The notes below the pieces were generated by a model. That model was not told the DNA's origin and made no database searches. It saw nothing but the letters and a program-made list of their open reading frames with translations. This document shows, one piece after another, positions 9,627 to 18,893 of a stretch of DNA of 64,000 bases. Source of the DNA: Candidatus Dormiibacterota bacterium (GTDB lineage Bacteria; Chloroflexota; Dormibacteria; Aeolococcales; Aeolococcaceae). Numbering within the stretch: the stretch's first letter is position 1; the number at the start of each line of letters is the position of its first letter. Position numbers and translations under genes: made by a program. The stretch is from the NCBI GenBank assembly GCA_963718525.1, contig OY970355.1, positions 864,001 through 928,000 of the forward strand, read 5' to 3'.

Positions 9627-10094
9627 ATGGCCAAGAAGACCCGAAAGCAAAAACAGCGAACCGCGACGCGACGCCCGCAGGCATCCGCCCCTGCTTCGCC
9701 CGGCACGGCGGTGCGCCAGGCCCCCGCACCGCTGCCCGCAAGCCCGCGTCCGGCGCAGGCTCAGGTGCTGCCGCAAACGTTGCTGCCGCTCCCGGGTGCT
9801 GACCTCGACATCGAGTCCGAGCCGGCCGACGAAGCGCCCGCTGAGCAGCCGGGCGCTGACACGTCGGCACGCCGGCGTGTGCAGCGGGTCAACCCCGCAG
9901 CTCAGCCTCGCGTCATCAGGGGCCAGGTGAGCGCAGCCGCTCTCTTCCAGCCGCTCGAAACTGACGACGCGGCGATCCCGTTCGACCGAGTGCCCTATGT
10001 GCCTCGGGATCTGCGGCGGGTGGCGATCATGGCCTCGCTCATGGTGGTGCTCATCCTCGTCGCGGCGATCGTGGTGACGCGCATCAATCCGTGA
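9627..10094 (+). CDS. Hypothetical tail-anchored membrane protein
   Basis: Basic, Pro/Ala-rich disordered N-terminus; single hydrophobic helix ending about 5 residues from the C-terminus (YVPRDLRRVAIMASLMVVLILVAAIVVTRINP). Confidence 0.75.
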   Translation: MAKKTRKQKQRTATRRPQASAPASPGTAVRQAPAPLPASPRPAQAQVLPQTLLPLPGADLDIESEPADEAPAEQPGADTSARRRVQRVNPAAQPRVIRGQVSAAALFQPLETDDAAIPFDRVPYVPRDLRRVAIMASLMVVLILVAAIVVTRINP

Positions 10095-10110
10095 GCAGCG
10101 AGACACGCGC

Positions 10111-11283
10111 GTGCGAGTGATCCTCTACACAGGCAAGGGTGGCGTCGGCAAGACGACCGTCGCCGCGGCAACCGCTGTCAAGTGCGCGAGCCTTGGGCTC
10201 AAAACCCTGGTGATCAGCACCGACGCGGCACACAGCCTCGGCGACAGCGTCGACCAGGAGATCGGTGACCAGCCGACCCAGCTTGCGCCGAATCTCTGGG
10301 GGCAGGAGGTCAACGCGCTCCACGAGCTCGAGGAACACTGGGACCGCATCCACATCTACCTGACGTCGCTCTTCGCGTCGCAGGGTGTCGACGACATCGT
10401 CGCCGAGGAGATGGCCTCGCCTCCGGGTATGGAGGAGGTCGCGAGCCTCATGTGGATCAAGAAGCACAAGCGCGAGGGCAAGTTCGACGTGCTCATCGTG
10501 GACTGCGCCCCCACCGGCGAGACCCTGCAACTGCTTGCGTTTCCCGACGTCGCCAAGTGGTACCTCGATCGCATCTTCCCGATCCACAGGATGATGAACA
10601 AGGTGGCACGCCCGGTCATGCAGCCGTTCATCAACATCCCGCTGCCGAGCGACGAGATCTTCAGCAACGTCAAGGACCTTCTCCTCGATCTCGAGGGGAT
10701 GAAGAAGATCCTCGGCGATCCCAAGGTGTGCACCACCCGGATCGTGCTCAACCTCGAGAAGATGGTGGTCAAGGAAGCGCAGCGAGCGTTCACGTACCTG
10801 AGCCTGTATGACTACCTCACCGATCTCATCGTCGTGAACCGCGTGCTCCCTCCGGAGGTCACCGACACGTATTTCGATTCCTGGCGCGAGGCCCAGCAGC
10901 GGTATGCGGTGTTGGTGGAGAGCGCCTTCTCACCCATCCCGACACTGCAGACCAAGCTGTTCGATCACGAGATCGTCGGTCTCGAGTCACTCACCGAGAT
11001 GGGCGAGTCGATCTACGGAGACCGTGATCCCTCGCAGATCTTCTATCACGCCGTGCCGCAGCGCATTCGCAAGGTGGGCGACACGTACGAGCTCCAGCTG
11101 CACCTTCCGTTCGTCGGCAAGGAGGACGTCGACATCAAGCACCGCGAGGGCGAGCTCTTCGTCAGTGTCGGTCCGTACAAGCGTGAGATCTCACTGCCGC
11201 GGGTGCTCAACGGCAAGCGCGTGACCAGAGGGCGCATCGAAGACGGAATGCTCTCCGTCACCTTCTCGAATCGACGCCCATGA
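10111..11283 (+). CDS. ArsA/Get3-family ATPase with C-terminal Hsp20-like domain
   Basis: GKGGVGKT, STDAAHSL, DCAPTGET; single ATPase domain; beta-rich tail (YELQLHLPF...REISLPRVL). Confidence 0.9.
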   Translation: MRVILYTGKGGVGKTTVAAATAVKCASLGLKTLVISTDAAHSLGDSVDQEIGDQPTQLAPNLWGQEVNALHELEEHWDRIHIYLTSLFASQGVDDIVAEEMASPPGMEEVASLMWIKKHKREGKFDVLIVDCAPTGETLQLLAFPDVAKWYLDRIFPIHRMMNKVARPVMQPFINIPLPSDEIFSNVKDLLLDLEGMKKILGDPKVCTTRIVLNLEKMVVKEAQRAFTYLSLYDYLTDLIVVNRVLPPEVTDTYFDSWREAQQRYAVLVESAFSPIPTLQTKLFDHEIVGLESLTEMGESIYGDRDPSQIFYHAVPQRIRKVGDTYELQLHLPFVGKEDVDIKHREGELFVSVGPYKREISLPRVLNGKRVTRGRIEDGMLSVTFSNRRP

Positions 11284-11546
11284 CCGATGCGTGCCGCGTC
11301 TGCCCCACGCGTCTCATCGATGAGGCGTCGCGCGTCCTCGGGACATCGTTCGGAGACCTGGTTCCCCCCGAGGCACAGCGGCATCTGCTCATCGCGCAGC
11401 GCGAGCTGCTGCTTGCCCTGGCTGCGATGATCGAGCACCACACACGGCAACAGCCGGAGTCCACCGAGCATGCGACCCGTGGCCGGAGACGATCACGGAG
11501 CGGAACAGAGCGCTCGCGGCGGCCGTCGCGGGTCGAGCTCGAGTAG
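11280..11546 (+). CDS. Small CxxC-containing helical protein coupled to the ArsA-like gene
   Basis: ATGA overlap; CRVCP; amphipathic HLLIAQRELLLAL helix. Confidence 0.7.
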   Translation: MTDACRVCPTRLIDEASRVLGTSFGDLVPPEAQRHLLIAQRELLLALAAMIEHHTRQQPESTEHATRGRRRSRSGTERSRRPSRVELE

Positions 11547-11556
11547 CCGGCACCGG

Positions 11557-12294
11557 GTGATCACTCCCGGTACCTACCTGGCGATCGTCCTCTACACGTT
11601 GCCGGGCTTCGTGTTCGGCTCGGTCATCCACGAGCTCAGCCACAACGCGGTGGCGTTGCGCGGCGGCGATCCAACCCCGCGGCGGGACGGCCGCATGACA
11701 CTCGACCCTCGTCGCAACCTTGACCCGCTGGGCTGTCTCGCTATGCTCGTTGCCGGCGTCGGCTGGGGGCGGCCGGTCAAGCTCGACCCGCTGTACCTCC
11801 GTGAGGGCCGGCAGCGCGCGGCGGTCGCGGCGGCAGGACCGCTGGCGCATCTCGTCGTCGCAGCGGTCTTCGCCGGTGCGCTGCGTGTCGAACTCCTCGA
11901 ATCGGGCATCGACGCGTCAGGTTTCGTGATCCTCGCGCAGTTCACCCTCCAGGGGATCATCCTCGGGGTGCTGCTGCAGGGATTCCTCGTCAACATCGCG
12001 CTCTTCGTCTTCAACGCGCTGCCGATTCCGGGGCTGGACGGCTACGCCGTGGTGCGCGCTCTGCTGTTCAGCGCACTGCCTCGAGTGTTCCTGTATCTCG
12101 AGCAGTACCGGCATGCGATCTACGCCCTCGTCGCGCTCGCGCTGCTGCTGCCGCCGCCGCTGACTCACGGCGCTTTCGACCTGGCCTCCGCCATGACGGT
12201 TGGCACAGCCTCGCTCACGTTCGACCATCTGATCATGCCCGGCGTGCAGCCGCTCTTCCTCGGGCTGCCGAACCTGTTTCACCTTCTGTCGTGA
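11557..12294 (+). CDS. Site-2 protease (peptidase M50)
   Basis: HELSH, NLDP, AGPLA, FNALPIPGLDG. Confidence 0.9.
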   Translation: MITPGTYLAIVLYTLPGFVFGSVIHELSHNAVALRGGDPTPRRDGRMTLDPRRNLDPLGCLAMLVAGVGWGRPVKLDPLYLREGRQRAAVAAAGPLAHLVVAAVFAGALRVELLESGIDASGFVILAQFTLQGIILGVLLQGFLVNIALFVFNALPIPGLDGYAVVRALLFSALPRVFLYLEQYRHAIYALVALALLLPPPLTHGAFDLASAMTVGTASLTFDHLIMPGVQPLFLGLPNLFHLLS

Positions 12295-12800
12295 GCGCCG
12301 TCATCGTCGAGGGTGTCGAGTGGCAGGTGGAAGGTGCACAGATCGCGATCGTGGAGCGGGGACGCGTCCTGCTCCAGTTCCGGCCCTGGCCTCCGGGCTG
12401 GGAACTTCCCGGCGGGCACTGCGAGGCCGGCGAGGACCCGGCGGTCACTGCCGCGCGCGAGACCGCGGAGGAGACAGGCTACGAGGTGCGCATCGCCGGC
12501 ATCGTCGGTGTGTACTCGTGGCGGGGGCTGCGGTCGGCGGGCGACGTGGTCTATCTCGGGGTGGTGATCGGGGGTGCGCCGCGGCGGAGCATCGAAGCCT
12601 GGGCACTCCGCATGGCATCTCCTGACGCGCTCCCCCGAACGGTGTTCCCGTGGATGCGCGATCGCGTGCGTGACGCGGTCGCCGCCGCCGCGGGCGGCCC
12701 CCCGGTGCATCGCGTCCAACCGGTCACCATCCGCCATGTGCTCGGGTTCGCCACCGCATGGCTGCACACGCCGATCGACAGGTTGCTGCGCCGCCGATGA
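12291..12800 (+). CDS. NUDIX hydrolase
   Basis: WELPGGHCEAGEDPAVTAARETAEETG Nudix box. Confidence 0.9.
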   Translation: MSAVIVEGVEWQVEGAQIAIVERGRVLLQFRPWPPGWELPGGHCEAGEDPAVTAARETAEETGYEVRIAGIVGVYSWRGLRSAGDVVYLGVVIGGAPRRSIEAWALRMASPDALPRTVFPWMRDRVRDAVAAAAGGPPVHRVQPVTIRHVLGFATAWLHTPIDRLLRRR

Positions 12801-13786
12801 TCACTGCGCTGCTGTTCGTCGCGAGCCTGATCCTCGTGGTGATCGCGTCCGAGCTGTTCACCAATGCCATCGAATGGGCCGGGTACATGCTCAATCTCGG
12901 CACTGGCGCGACCGGGAGCCTGCTCGCGGCGCTCGGCACCTCGTTGCCCGAGACCGTCGTACCGATCGTTGCGCTCGCAACCCATTCGCCGTCGGCGAAC
13001 GCGGTCGCCACCGGTGCCGTGTTGGGATCGCCGTTCCTGCTGCTCACGGTTGGAGCGGGTGCAACCGGCGTCGCGGTGGTGATCCGCGGTGGTGCGCGCC
13101 GGCTCACAGTCGACCCCCGCCAGGCTCGACGTGACCTCGGGGTCTTTCTCGGGGCATTCACCGTCGCAGCGCTGTCGAGCCTGCTCCCGAGTGGCGCAAG
13201 AATCGCGGTCGGAGCGCTGCTGCTGCTCGCGTATGCCGTCTACGTTGTCGCAACACTCCGCGGCAGCACGGCGGCGGGCGAGAGTCCGGAACCGCTGCAC
13301 ATCGTGCGCTGGCGCCCGGGTGAGCCCCACCCGGTGCTGGTGACCGTGCAACTCCTCGTTGCCGTCGGCCTGCTGATCGTCGGTTCGCAGCTCTTCGTCA
13401 CCGCACTCGATCGGACGGCGTCGGCGTTGCAGATCCCCGCGATGGTGCTCGCGCTCGTGATCGTGCCCGTGGCAACCGAGCTGCCCGAGACATTCAACAG
13501 CGTGCTCTGGGTGCGCACCGACGACGACATGCTCGCGTTCGGCAACGTGGCCGGGTCCGCGGCCTTTCAGTCCTGCGTCCTCGCCGCGATCGGCATCGTC
13601 TTCACGACCTGGCACCTGGGGTCGGCCGGCCTCATCAGCGTCACGCTCACGCTGATCACGGCGGCCTTCCTGCTCGTGTCGCTCTGGACCGGCCGCGCCC
13701 GCGGCTCGCTGCTGATGCTCACGCTGGTGCCGTGGGTGGCGTATGTCATCGCGCAGGTCGCGACCGGTGGACGGCTGGCGGTCTGA
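12797..13786 (+). CDS. Sodium:calcium antiporter family protein
   Basis: Two alpha repeats (GTSLPE...GS; ATELPE...GNVAGS); about 10 TM helices. Confidence 0.88.
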   Translation: MITALLFVASLILVVIASELFTNAIEWAGYMLNLGTGATGSLLAALGTSLPETVVPIVALATHSPSANAVATGAVLGSPFLLLTVGAGATGVAVVIRGGARRLTVDPRQARRDLGVFLGAFTVAALSSLLPSGARIAVGALLLLAYAVYVVATLRGSTAAGESPEPLHIVRWRPGEPHPVLVTVQLLVAVGLLIVGSQLFVTALDRTASALQIPAMVLALVIVPVATELPETFNSVLWVRTDDDMLAFGNVAGSAAFQSCVLAAIGIVFTTWHLGSAGLISVTLTLITAAFLLVSLWTGRARGSLLMLTLVPWVAYVIAQVATGGRLAV

Positions 13787-13805
13787 GCGGGACAATCGCG
13801 GACTT

Positions 13806-14675
13806 ATGCGCGTTCACGCCACCGGCGACGTGGAGGAGTATGCCGCCGCAGCGGAGACGTTCCTCCGGGCCGAGCCGTGTGCTCGCAACGTGTTGCTCAC
13901 CATCGTGGACATCGTGCGAACCGCGCCGTCGATGTACGGTGCGCCGAGCTTCTGGTGGATCACGGACGCCGGCGCAGTCGTCGGTGCGGCCAGCTGGACC
14001 CCTCCCCACCACCTGCTGGTGTCCTCGATGCCGCCGGAAGCCACGGCCGGGATCGCGGCCGCCGCTCTCGAGCGCGCGACGGGGCTCGGCATCCGTCCCG
14101 GCGGTGTGGTCGGACCCGCGTCATCAGCGCGCGCGGTTGCGGCGGCATGGACCGCCATCACGGACGACACCATCGAACTCGACCGGCCCATCCTGCTCAA
14201 CGAGCTTGGTTCGCTCACGGAGGTGACGAGACCGCCCGGCGAGCGCCGGGGCGGGGTCGACGGCGACGTGATTCTCGTCGCCGCGTGGCTCGAGGAATTC
14301 ACGGCCGAGATCGAGCACATCGCGCCGGCGGACTCCCGGGCGATGGCGCAACATCTGATCCGGTCGGAACAGCTGGACCTCTGGGTCGTCGACGGAGAGA
14401 CTGTCTGCATGGTCGGGCACCGGCACGCTGCCGGCGTCCTGCGCGTCGGTCCCGTGTACACCCCTCCGCAGCACCGCAACCACGGCTACGCGAGACGGCT
14501 CACCTACGAGGTGACCGCGATCGCACTCGAGCATCCGGACGTCAACCACGCCATGCTCTTCACCGATGCAGCCAATCCTGTCTCGAACTCGATCTATCAG
14601 CAGGCCGGCTATCAGCCGCGCGGCGAGCACGTGGAAATCGAATTCGCGAAGCGGGACGTCCAACCCGGGCATTAG
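13806..14675 (+). CDS. GNAT-family acetyltransferase
   Basis: VGPVYTPPQHRNHGYA, LFTDAANPVSNSIYQQAGY. Confidence 0.88.
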   Translation: MRVHATGDVEEYAAAAETFLRAEPCARNVLLTIVDIVRTAPSMYGAPSFWWITDAGAVVGAASWTPPHHLLVSSMPPEATAGIAAAALERATGLGIRPGGVVGPASSARAVAAAWTAITDDTIELDRPILLNELGSLTEVTRPPGERRGGVDGDVILVAAWLEEFTAEIEHIAPADSRAMAQHLIRSEQLDLWVVDGETVCMVGHRHAAGVLRVGPVYTPPQHRNHGYARRLTYEVTAIALEHPDVNHAMLFTDAANPVSNSIYQQAGYQPRGEHVEIEFAKRDVQPGH

Positions 14676-14684
14676 AGTGGCGCG

Positions 14685-15590
14685 ATGAATCTCGAAGGCA
14701 AGGTCGCCGTGGTCACGGGGAGCGGCCGTGGCATCGGTCGCGCCTACGCGCTCGGGCTCGCCCAGGCGGGCTGCGCCGTCGTCGTCAACGACGTCGACGG
14801 TGATGTCGCGGAAGCCACTGCGGACGCGATCGCCAGTGCGGGTGGACGGGTCGTGGCCGAGGTGTGCGCGGTCGGATCCGCCGAGGCCTCCGAGCAGCTC
14901 GTCTCCGGTGCAGTCAAGGCCTTCGGGCATCTCGACATCATGTGCACCAACGCCGGCATCCTTCGTGACCGCGTGCTCTGGAACATGAGCGACGACGACT
15001 TCGACGTCGTGATCGAGACGCACCTTCGCGGCACGTTCACCTGCGCGCGCGCTGCGGTGCGGCAGATGCGCGAGCAGGGAACGGGGGGACGGATCGTGGT
15101 CGTCTCATCGATCGCCGGGCAGCGCGGCAACTTCGGGCAGACCAACTACGCGGCCGCAAAGGCGGGGATCGCGGCGTATGCGCGTACCTGGGCGATGGAG
15201 TGCGCGAAGCACAACATCACGGTGAATGCGATCGTGCCCAACGCGATCACCCGGATGATCTCGACGATTCCCGGCATGGCATCCCTGGTCGATGCGGCCG
15301 AACGAGGCGAGCCGCTCCCGGCGACCGTGCGCAAGCAGATGGGCATGGGAACTCCCGACGACGTCGCCCCGCTGCTGGTGTTCCTGAGCTCCGACGAGGC
15401 GGCCGGGGTCACCGGTCAGTGCATCGGCCTCGGCGGAGACAAGCTGTCGCTGTGGGCCCATCCCAAAGAGATCTCGGTCGCCTTCCGAGACGGTGGCTGG
15501 ACCGCCGACGCGATCGCGGAAGTCTGGTCGACCTCGGTCGGCTCCGAGCTCGAGACCTACGGCATCCAATTCCTCGGCGGTACCAGCTGA
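14685..15590 (+). CDS. Short-chain dehydrogenase/reductase
   Basis: TGSGRGIG, NAGILRD, YAAAK. Confidence 0.92.
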   Translation: MNLEGKVAVVTGSGRGIGRAYALGLAQAGCAVVVNDVDGDVAEATADAIASAGGRVVAEVCAVGSAEASEQLVSGAVKAFGHLDIMCTNAGILRDRVLWNMSDDDFDVVIETHLRGTFTCARAAVRQMREQGTGGRIVVVSSIAGQRGNFGQTNYAAAKAGIAAYARTWAMECAKHNITVNAIVPNAITRMISTIPGMASLVDAAERGEPLPATVRKQMGMGTPDDVAPLLVFLSSDEAAGVTGQCIGLGGDKLSLWAHPKEISVAFRDGGWTADAIAEVWSTSVGSELETYGIQFLGGTS

Positions 15591-15597
15591 GCTGCGC

Positions 15598-16327
15598 CTA
15601 CGGGGGCGGTGCCAGGGGCGGCGGTTGGAGCGGTTCGGGATCTGCAACCGCAGCCGGGGCGGGGACGACGACGAGCGCCGCGGCGTTGTACACGACGACC
15701 ACTGCGAGGATCACGAGCGCGACCCAGAGCCCGATGCCAATGTTCACGTTGAAGAGCGCGGCGGGGTCGAGCCCCGGAACGCTCGATCCCTGAACTCGAG
15801 GAGATTTTGGCGAGGAGGACGTCCCGAACGTGGAACTGATCGAGTATGAGCAGCGCGCCGGCACCCGCCGCGAATACGGCGGTGACGAACGCCCGGCTCC
15901 TCGCCGCCAGCAGTCCGAGCAGACCCGCACTCGAGAACAGCAGCGCAAAGCCGATGCTGACCAGTGCGAAGAGGGCCAGCAGCTGCGGGCCGATGTTCGC
16001 CGAGGACGTGTCGGCGCCGGCGGCGTTGTTCTGGTTGCACGCGGCGGGCACCGACCCGATCACCGGGTTCTTTCCAAGGGTGAGCTGCCAGCCGCTGTAC
16101 GTGAGGATGTTCACGCCGTTCAGCGCGTCGAGGCATTCGCTCACCTGAGCTGCCTGCGCCCCGCTGAGCCCCTGGGAGGCGTCGATCGATGCGATCTCGG
16201 ATTTGGTCGTGGCCGCATTGCAGGACACGCCGGTGAACGCCAGGAAGAAGGTCAGGATCACCAGCAGAAGCAGGAACGGGCTGACCCGGCGGGCACCGGG
16301 CTCGCCGACCAGCCAGGAGAGGTTCAC
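15598..16327 (-). pseudogene. Multi-TM hypothetical membrane protein split by an apparent 1-nt insertion
   Basis: Membrane-like coding switches frame near 15793 (KISSS | QGSSVPGLDPAALFNVNIGIGLW); removing one T from GAGTTCAG joins the frames; may be a sequencing error. Confidence 0.6.
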
Positions 16328-16440
16328 GCCGGCACGTCGGTGGGAACCTCAGCCAACCCGATCGAGCCCTTGAGTCACGCGTGGCAGTGTATCGGCACAC
16401 CTATACTCGCCCGCGACACCTGACGTTCGGAGGGAAGACC

Positions 16441-17133
16441 ATCGCGGACGCGCGCCGCCTCGCCGTGATCACGACAGCGTCGCTGCTGCTGCTCGGCGCC
16501 TGCGGCGGACCGTCACTCGATGCGAAGTCCTTGCTCAAGACGACCAAGGGAGTCATCGACAGCACCCCCTCGTTTCACTTCGTGCTCACCAGTGCAAACG
16601 TGAGCGGGTCGGGCGCGGAGCTCACCGGCGGCAGCGGTGACATGAAGAGGCCTGACAGCATGTCCGGGGTGCTCCAAGTATCCATCTTCGGCCTCGCCGT
16701 CACCGTGCCGGTCGTCTCGGTCGGGGGCACGTTCTCGGTGAAACTGCCCACGGGCTCGGGATTCTCGAGCGCGAATCCCGCCGACTATGGCTTCGCCGAC
16801 CCCACCAAACTCATCGACCCGAACACCGGGCTCTCGTCGCTCCTGCTGAAGTGTCAGTCGCCCCAGGTCCAGAGCGACGATCGCTACAACGGTGAGGCGC
16901 TGCACGAGATCGCCTGCACGCTTCCCGGGAGAGCGGTCGCCGCACTGCTCACCAGCGCCGACCCGTCAAAGACCGTCGCCGCAACCTTCGGCATCGACAC
17001 GAGCACCAGCCAGCTCCGGCGCGTCGTCCTCACCGGGCCGTTCGTCACCGCCAACGTCGACACCATCTACGCACTCGTTCTTACCAACTATGGCGAGAAC
17101 ATATCGGTGACACCGCCACCCGCCGGCGGGTGA
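16441..17133 (+). CDS. LppX/LprAFG-like lipoprotein; possible ATC start
   Basis: Lipobox LLLGAC; DPTKLIDPNTGLSSLL and LTNYGENISVTPP resemble LprG/LppX; GGAGG lies 7 nt upstream of an in-frame ATC. Confidence 0.75.
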   Translation: MADARRLAVITTASLLLLGACGGPSLDAKSLLKTTKGVIDSTPSFHFVLTSANVSGSGAELTGGSGDMKRPDSMSGVLQVSIFGLAVTVPVVSVGGTFSVKLPTGSGFSSANPADYGFADPTKLIDPNTGLSSLLLKCQSPQVQSDDRYNGEALHEIACTLPGRAVAALLTSADPSKTVAATFGIDTSTSQLRRVVLTGPFVTANVDTIYALVLTNYGENISVTPPPAGG

Positions 17134-18893
17134 ACACGCGCCGGCGCTGGATCCTCGCCATCGCGGCGGCGTCGGTGCTCGTCGCCGCGATGGACACGTA
17201 CGTGATCGTGCTGGCGCTGCCCGCCATCATGGCGGACGTCGGCATCGGGGTCGACCAGCTCCAGGCGGCCACGCCGATCGTCAGTGGATTCCTGCTCGGG
17301 TACATCGTGGTGATGCCGCTGCTGGGCAGGCTCTCGGATGTCTATGGCCGCCGGCCACTGCTGATCCTCTGCCTCGCGGTCTTCGCGGCCGGGTCACTGG
17401 TGACGGCGTCCGCAACCGACCTCGGATCAGTGGTGGCGGGCCGGGCACTCCAGGGGCTCGGTGGTGGCGGGCTCGTGCCGGTGACGCTCGCGCTGGTCGC
17501 GGACCTCTGGCCACCGGAGCGGCGCGGCGTGCCCCTCGGCGTGATCGGCGGAGTCCAGGAGCTCGGGAGTGTGCTCGGCCCCCTCTACGGGGGGCTGATC
17601 CTCACGGTGGCAACCTGGCAGACGATCTTCTGGCTGAACCTCCCGATCGCGGCGGCGCTCGGCGCCGGATTGGTGGTCGCGGGCCGGCGCGGCGCAGCCG
17701 GCGCTCCGGTGGCGCTGCGACCGCGGCTGGATCGTCTGTCTGTAGCGCTCGCCGCGGTCGCGATCGCGGCAGGGTGTCTGGCGATCGCAGCGCCCGGGCC
17801 GCTCCGCAACAGCGACACGACCGGCGTTGCCTACAGCGCGCTCGGCGGCATGACGTGGCTGACCCCGATCGCGCTGGTTGCCGCGACCGCCGCCCTGGCA
17901 TTGATCCTGTGGGAGGTGCGCGGTCACCGGTCGACGCGGAATCTGATTGAGTTCGGGCGTCTTCCGAGCGTTGCTGCGACAGTCGACTGGCCCGGGGCAG
18001 CCCTCCTGGGCGTCTGCCTCTCGACGGTCATCGTGAGCTTCTCGTCCCAGGACCCATCCGAGGGTGCCGTCTCTCCCGATGCGATCTGGCTGCTGCCACT
18101 CGGCGCGGTGGCGGCAGCGGCGTTGGTGATCAGGGAACGCCAGGCCCGCTCCCCGCTGATCGCAGCGGGTGAACTGCGTTCGCCAGGCGCGTATGGGGCG
18201 TTGCTGACCAACCTCGCCGTCGGGGCGGCTCTGATGGCGGCGCTCCTCGACATCCCCGTGCTCGCCCGCGCCACCGTCGACCCGAATTCCCAGTTGGGCG
18301 CCGCCCTGGTGCTCCTCAGGCTCCTGGTCGGTGTCCCGATCGGGGCCGTGGCCGGTGGCTGGCTCTCGCAACGACTGGGCAACCGCCTGGTTGCAGCGGC
18401 AGGAATGCTGATCACCGCGGCCGCATTCCTCGCAATGACACGCTGGACGGCGACCACGCTCGGCGACCCGTTCGGACCGGGCTGGCTGCATCCGAGCGAC
18501 CCGGTGCTCTTCGCCTGCGGACTTGGCTTCGGACTGGCGATCGCCCCGGTCAACGCATCGATCCTGGCGTCGGTCCGGGATCAGATGCACGGCTTGGCGT
18601 CGGCGCTGGTCGTCGTCGCGCGCATGATCGGGATGCTCGTGGGCATCTCCATCCTCACCGCGGTCAGCCTGCACATCTTCTACGCGACCGCGTCGGGGTT
18701 TCCGTCGCCGCAGGCACTCTGTCCGGCGTCTCCGCTCAACTGCCCGGCGTATGAGCGCGACGTGACCGCGGCGATCGTCACCGAGCTGCGCGCGGTGTTC
18801 CTCGGTGCGGCGCTCGCCGCTGCGGTCGCGGCGCTGCTCGCCGCAGTGCTGCTGCGCGGCCGGCCCGCTCGGCTGGGGACCGCGGCCCCGTGA
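17130..18893 (+). CDS. MFS transporter, P55/Rv1410c-like
   Basis: AAMDTYVIVLALP, GRLSDVYGRR, QELGSVLGPLYG, VVARMIGMLVG. Confidence 0.85.
   Translation: MNTRRRWILAIAAASVLVAAMDTYVIVLALPAIMADVGIGVDQLQAATPIVSGFLLGYIVVMPLLGRLSDVYGRRPLLILCLAVFAAGSLVTASATDLGSVVAGRALQGLGGGGLVPVTLALVADLWPPERRGVPLGVIGGVQELGSVLGPLYGGLILTVATWQTIFWLNLPIAAALGAGLVVAGRRGAAGAPVALRPRLDRLSVALAAVAIAAGCLAIAAPGPLRNSDTTGVAYSALGGMTWLTPIALVAATAALALILWEVRGHRSTRNLIEFGRLPSVAATVDWPGAALLGVCLSTVIVSFSSQDPSEGAVSPDAIWLLPLGAVAAAALVIRERQARSPLIAAGELRSPGAYGALLTNLAVGAALMAALLDIPVLARATVDPNSQLGAALVLLRLLVGVPIGAVAGGWLSQRLGNRLVAAAGMLITAAAFLAMTRWTATTLGDPFGPGWLHPSDPVLFACGLGFGLAIAPVNASILASVRDQMHGLASALVVVARMIGMLVGISILTAVSLHIFYATASGFPSPQALCPASPLNCPAYERDVTAAIVTELRAVFLGAALAAAVAALLAAVLLRGRPARLGTAAP

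Noticed and set aside
10111-11283. Arsenic-resistance operon
   Set aside because: Single ATPase domain with an Hsp20-like tail and no arsB, acr3, arsC, arsD or arsR
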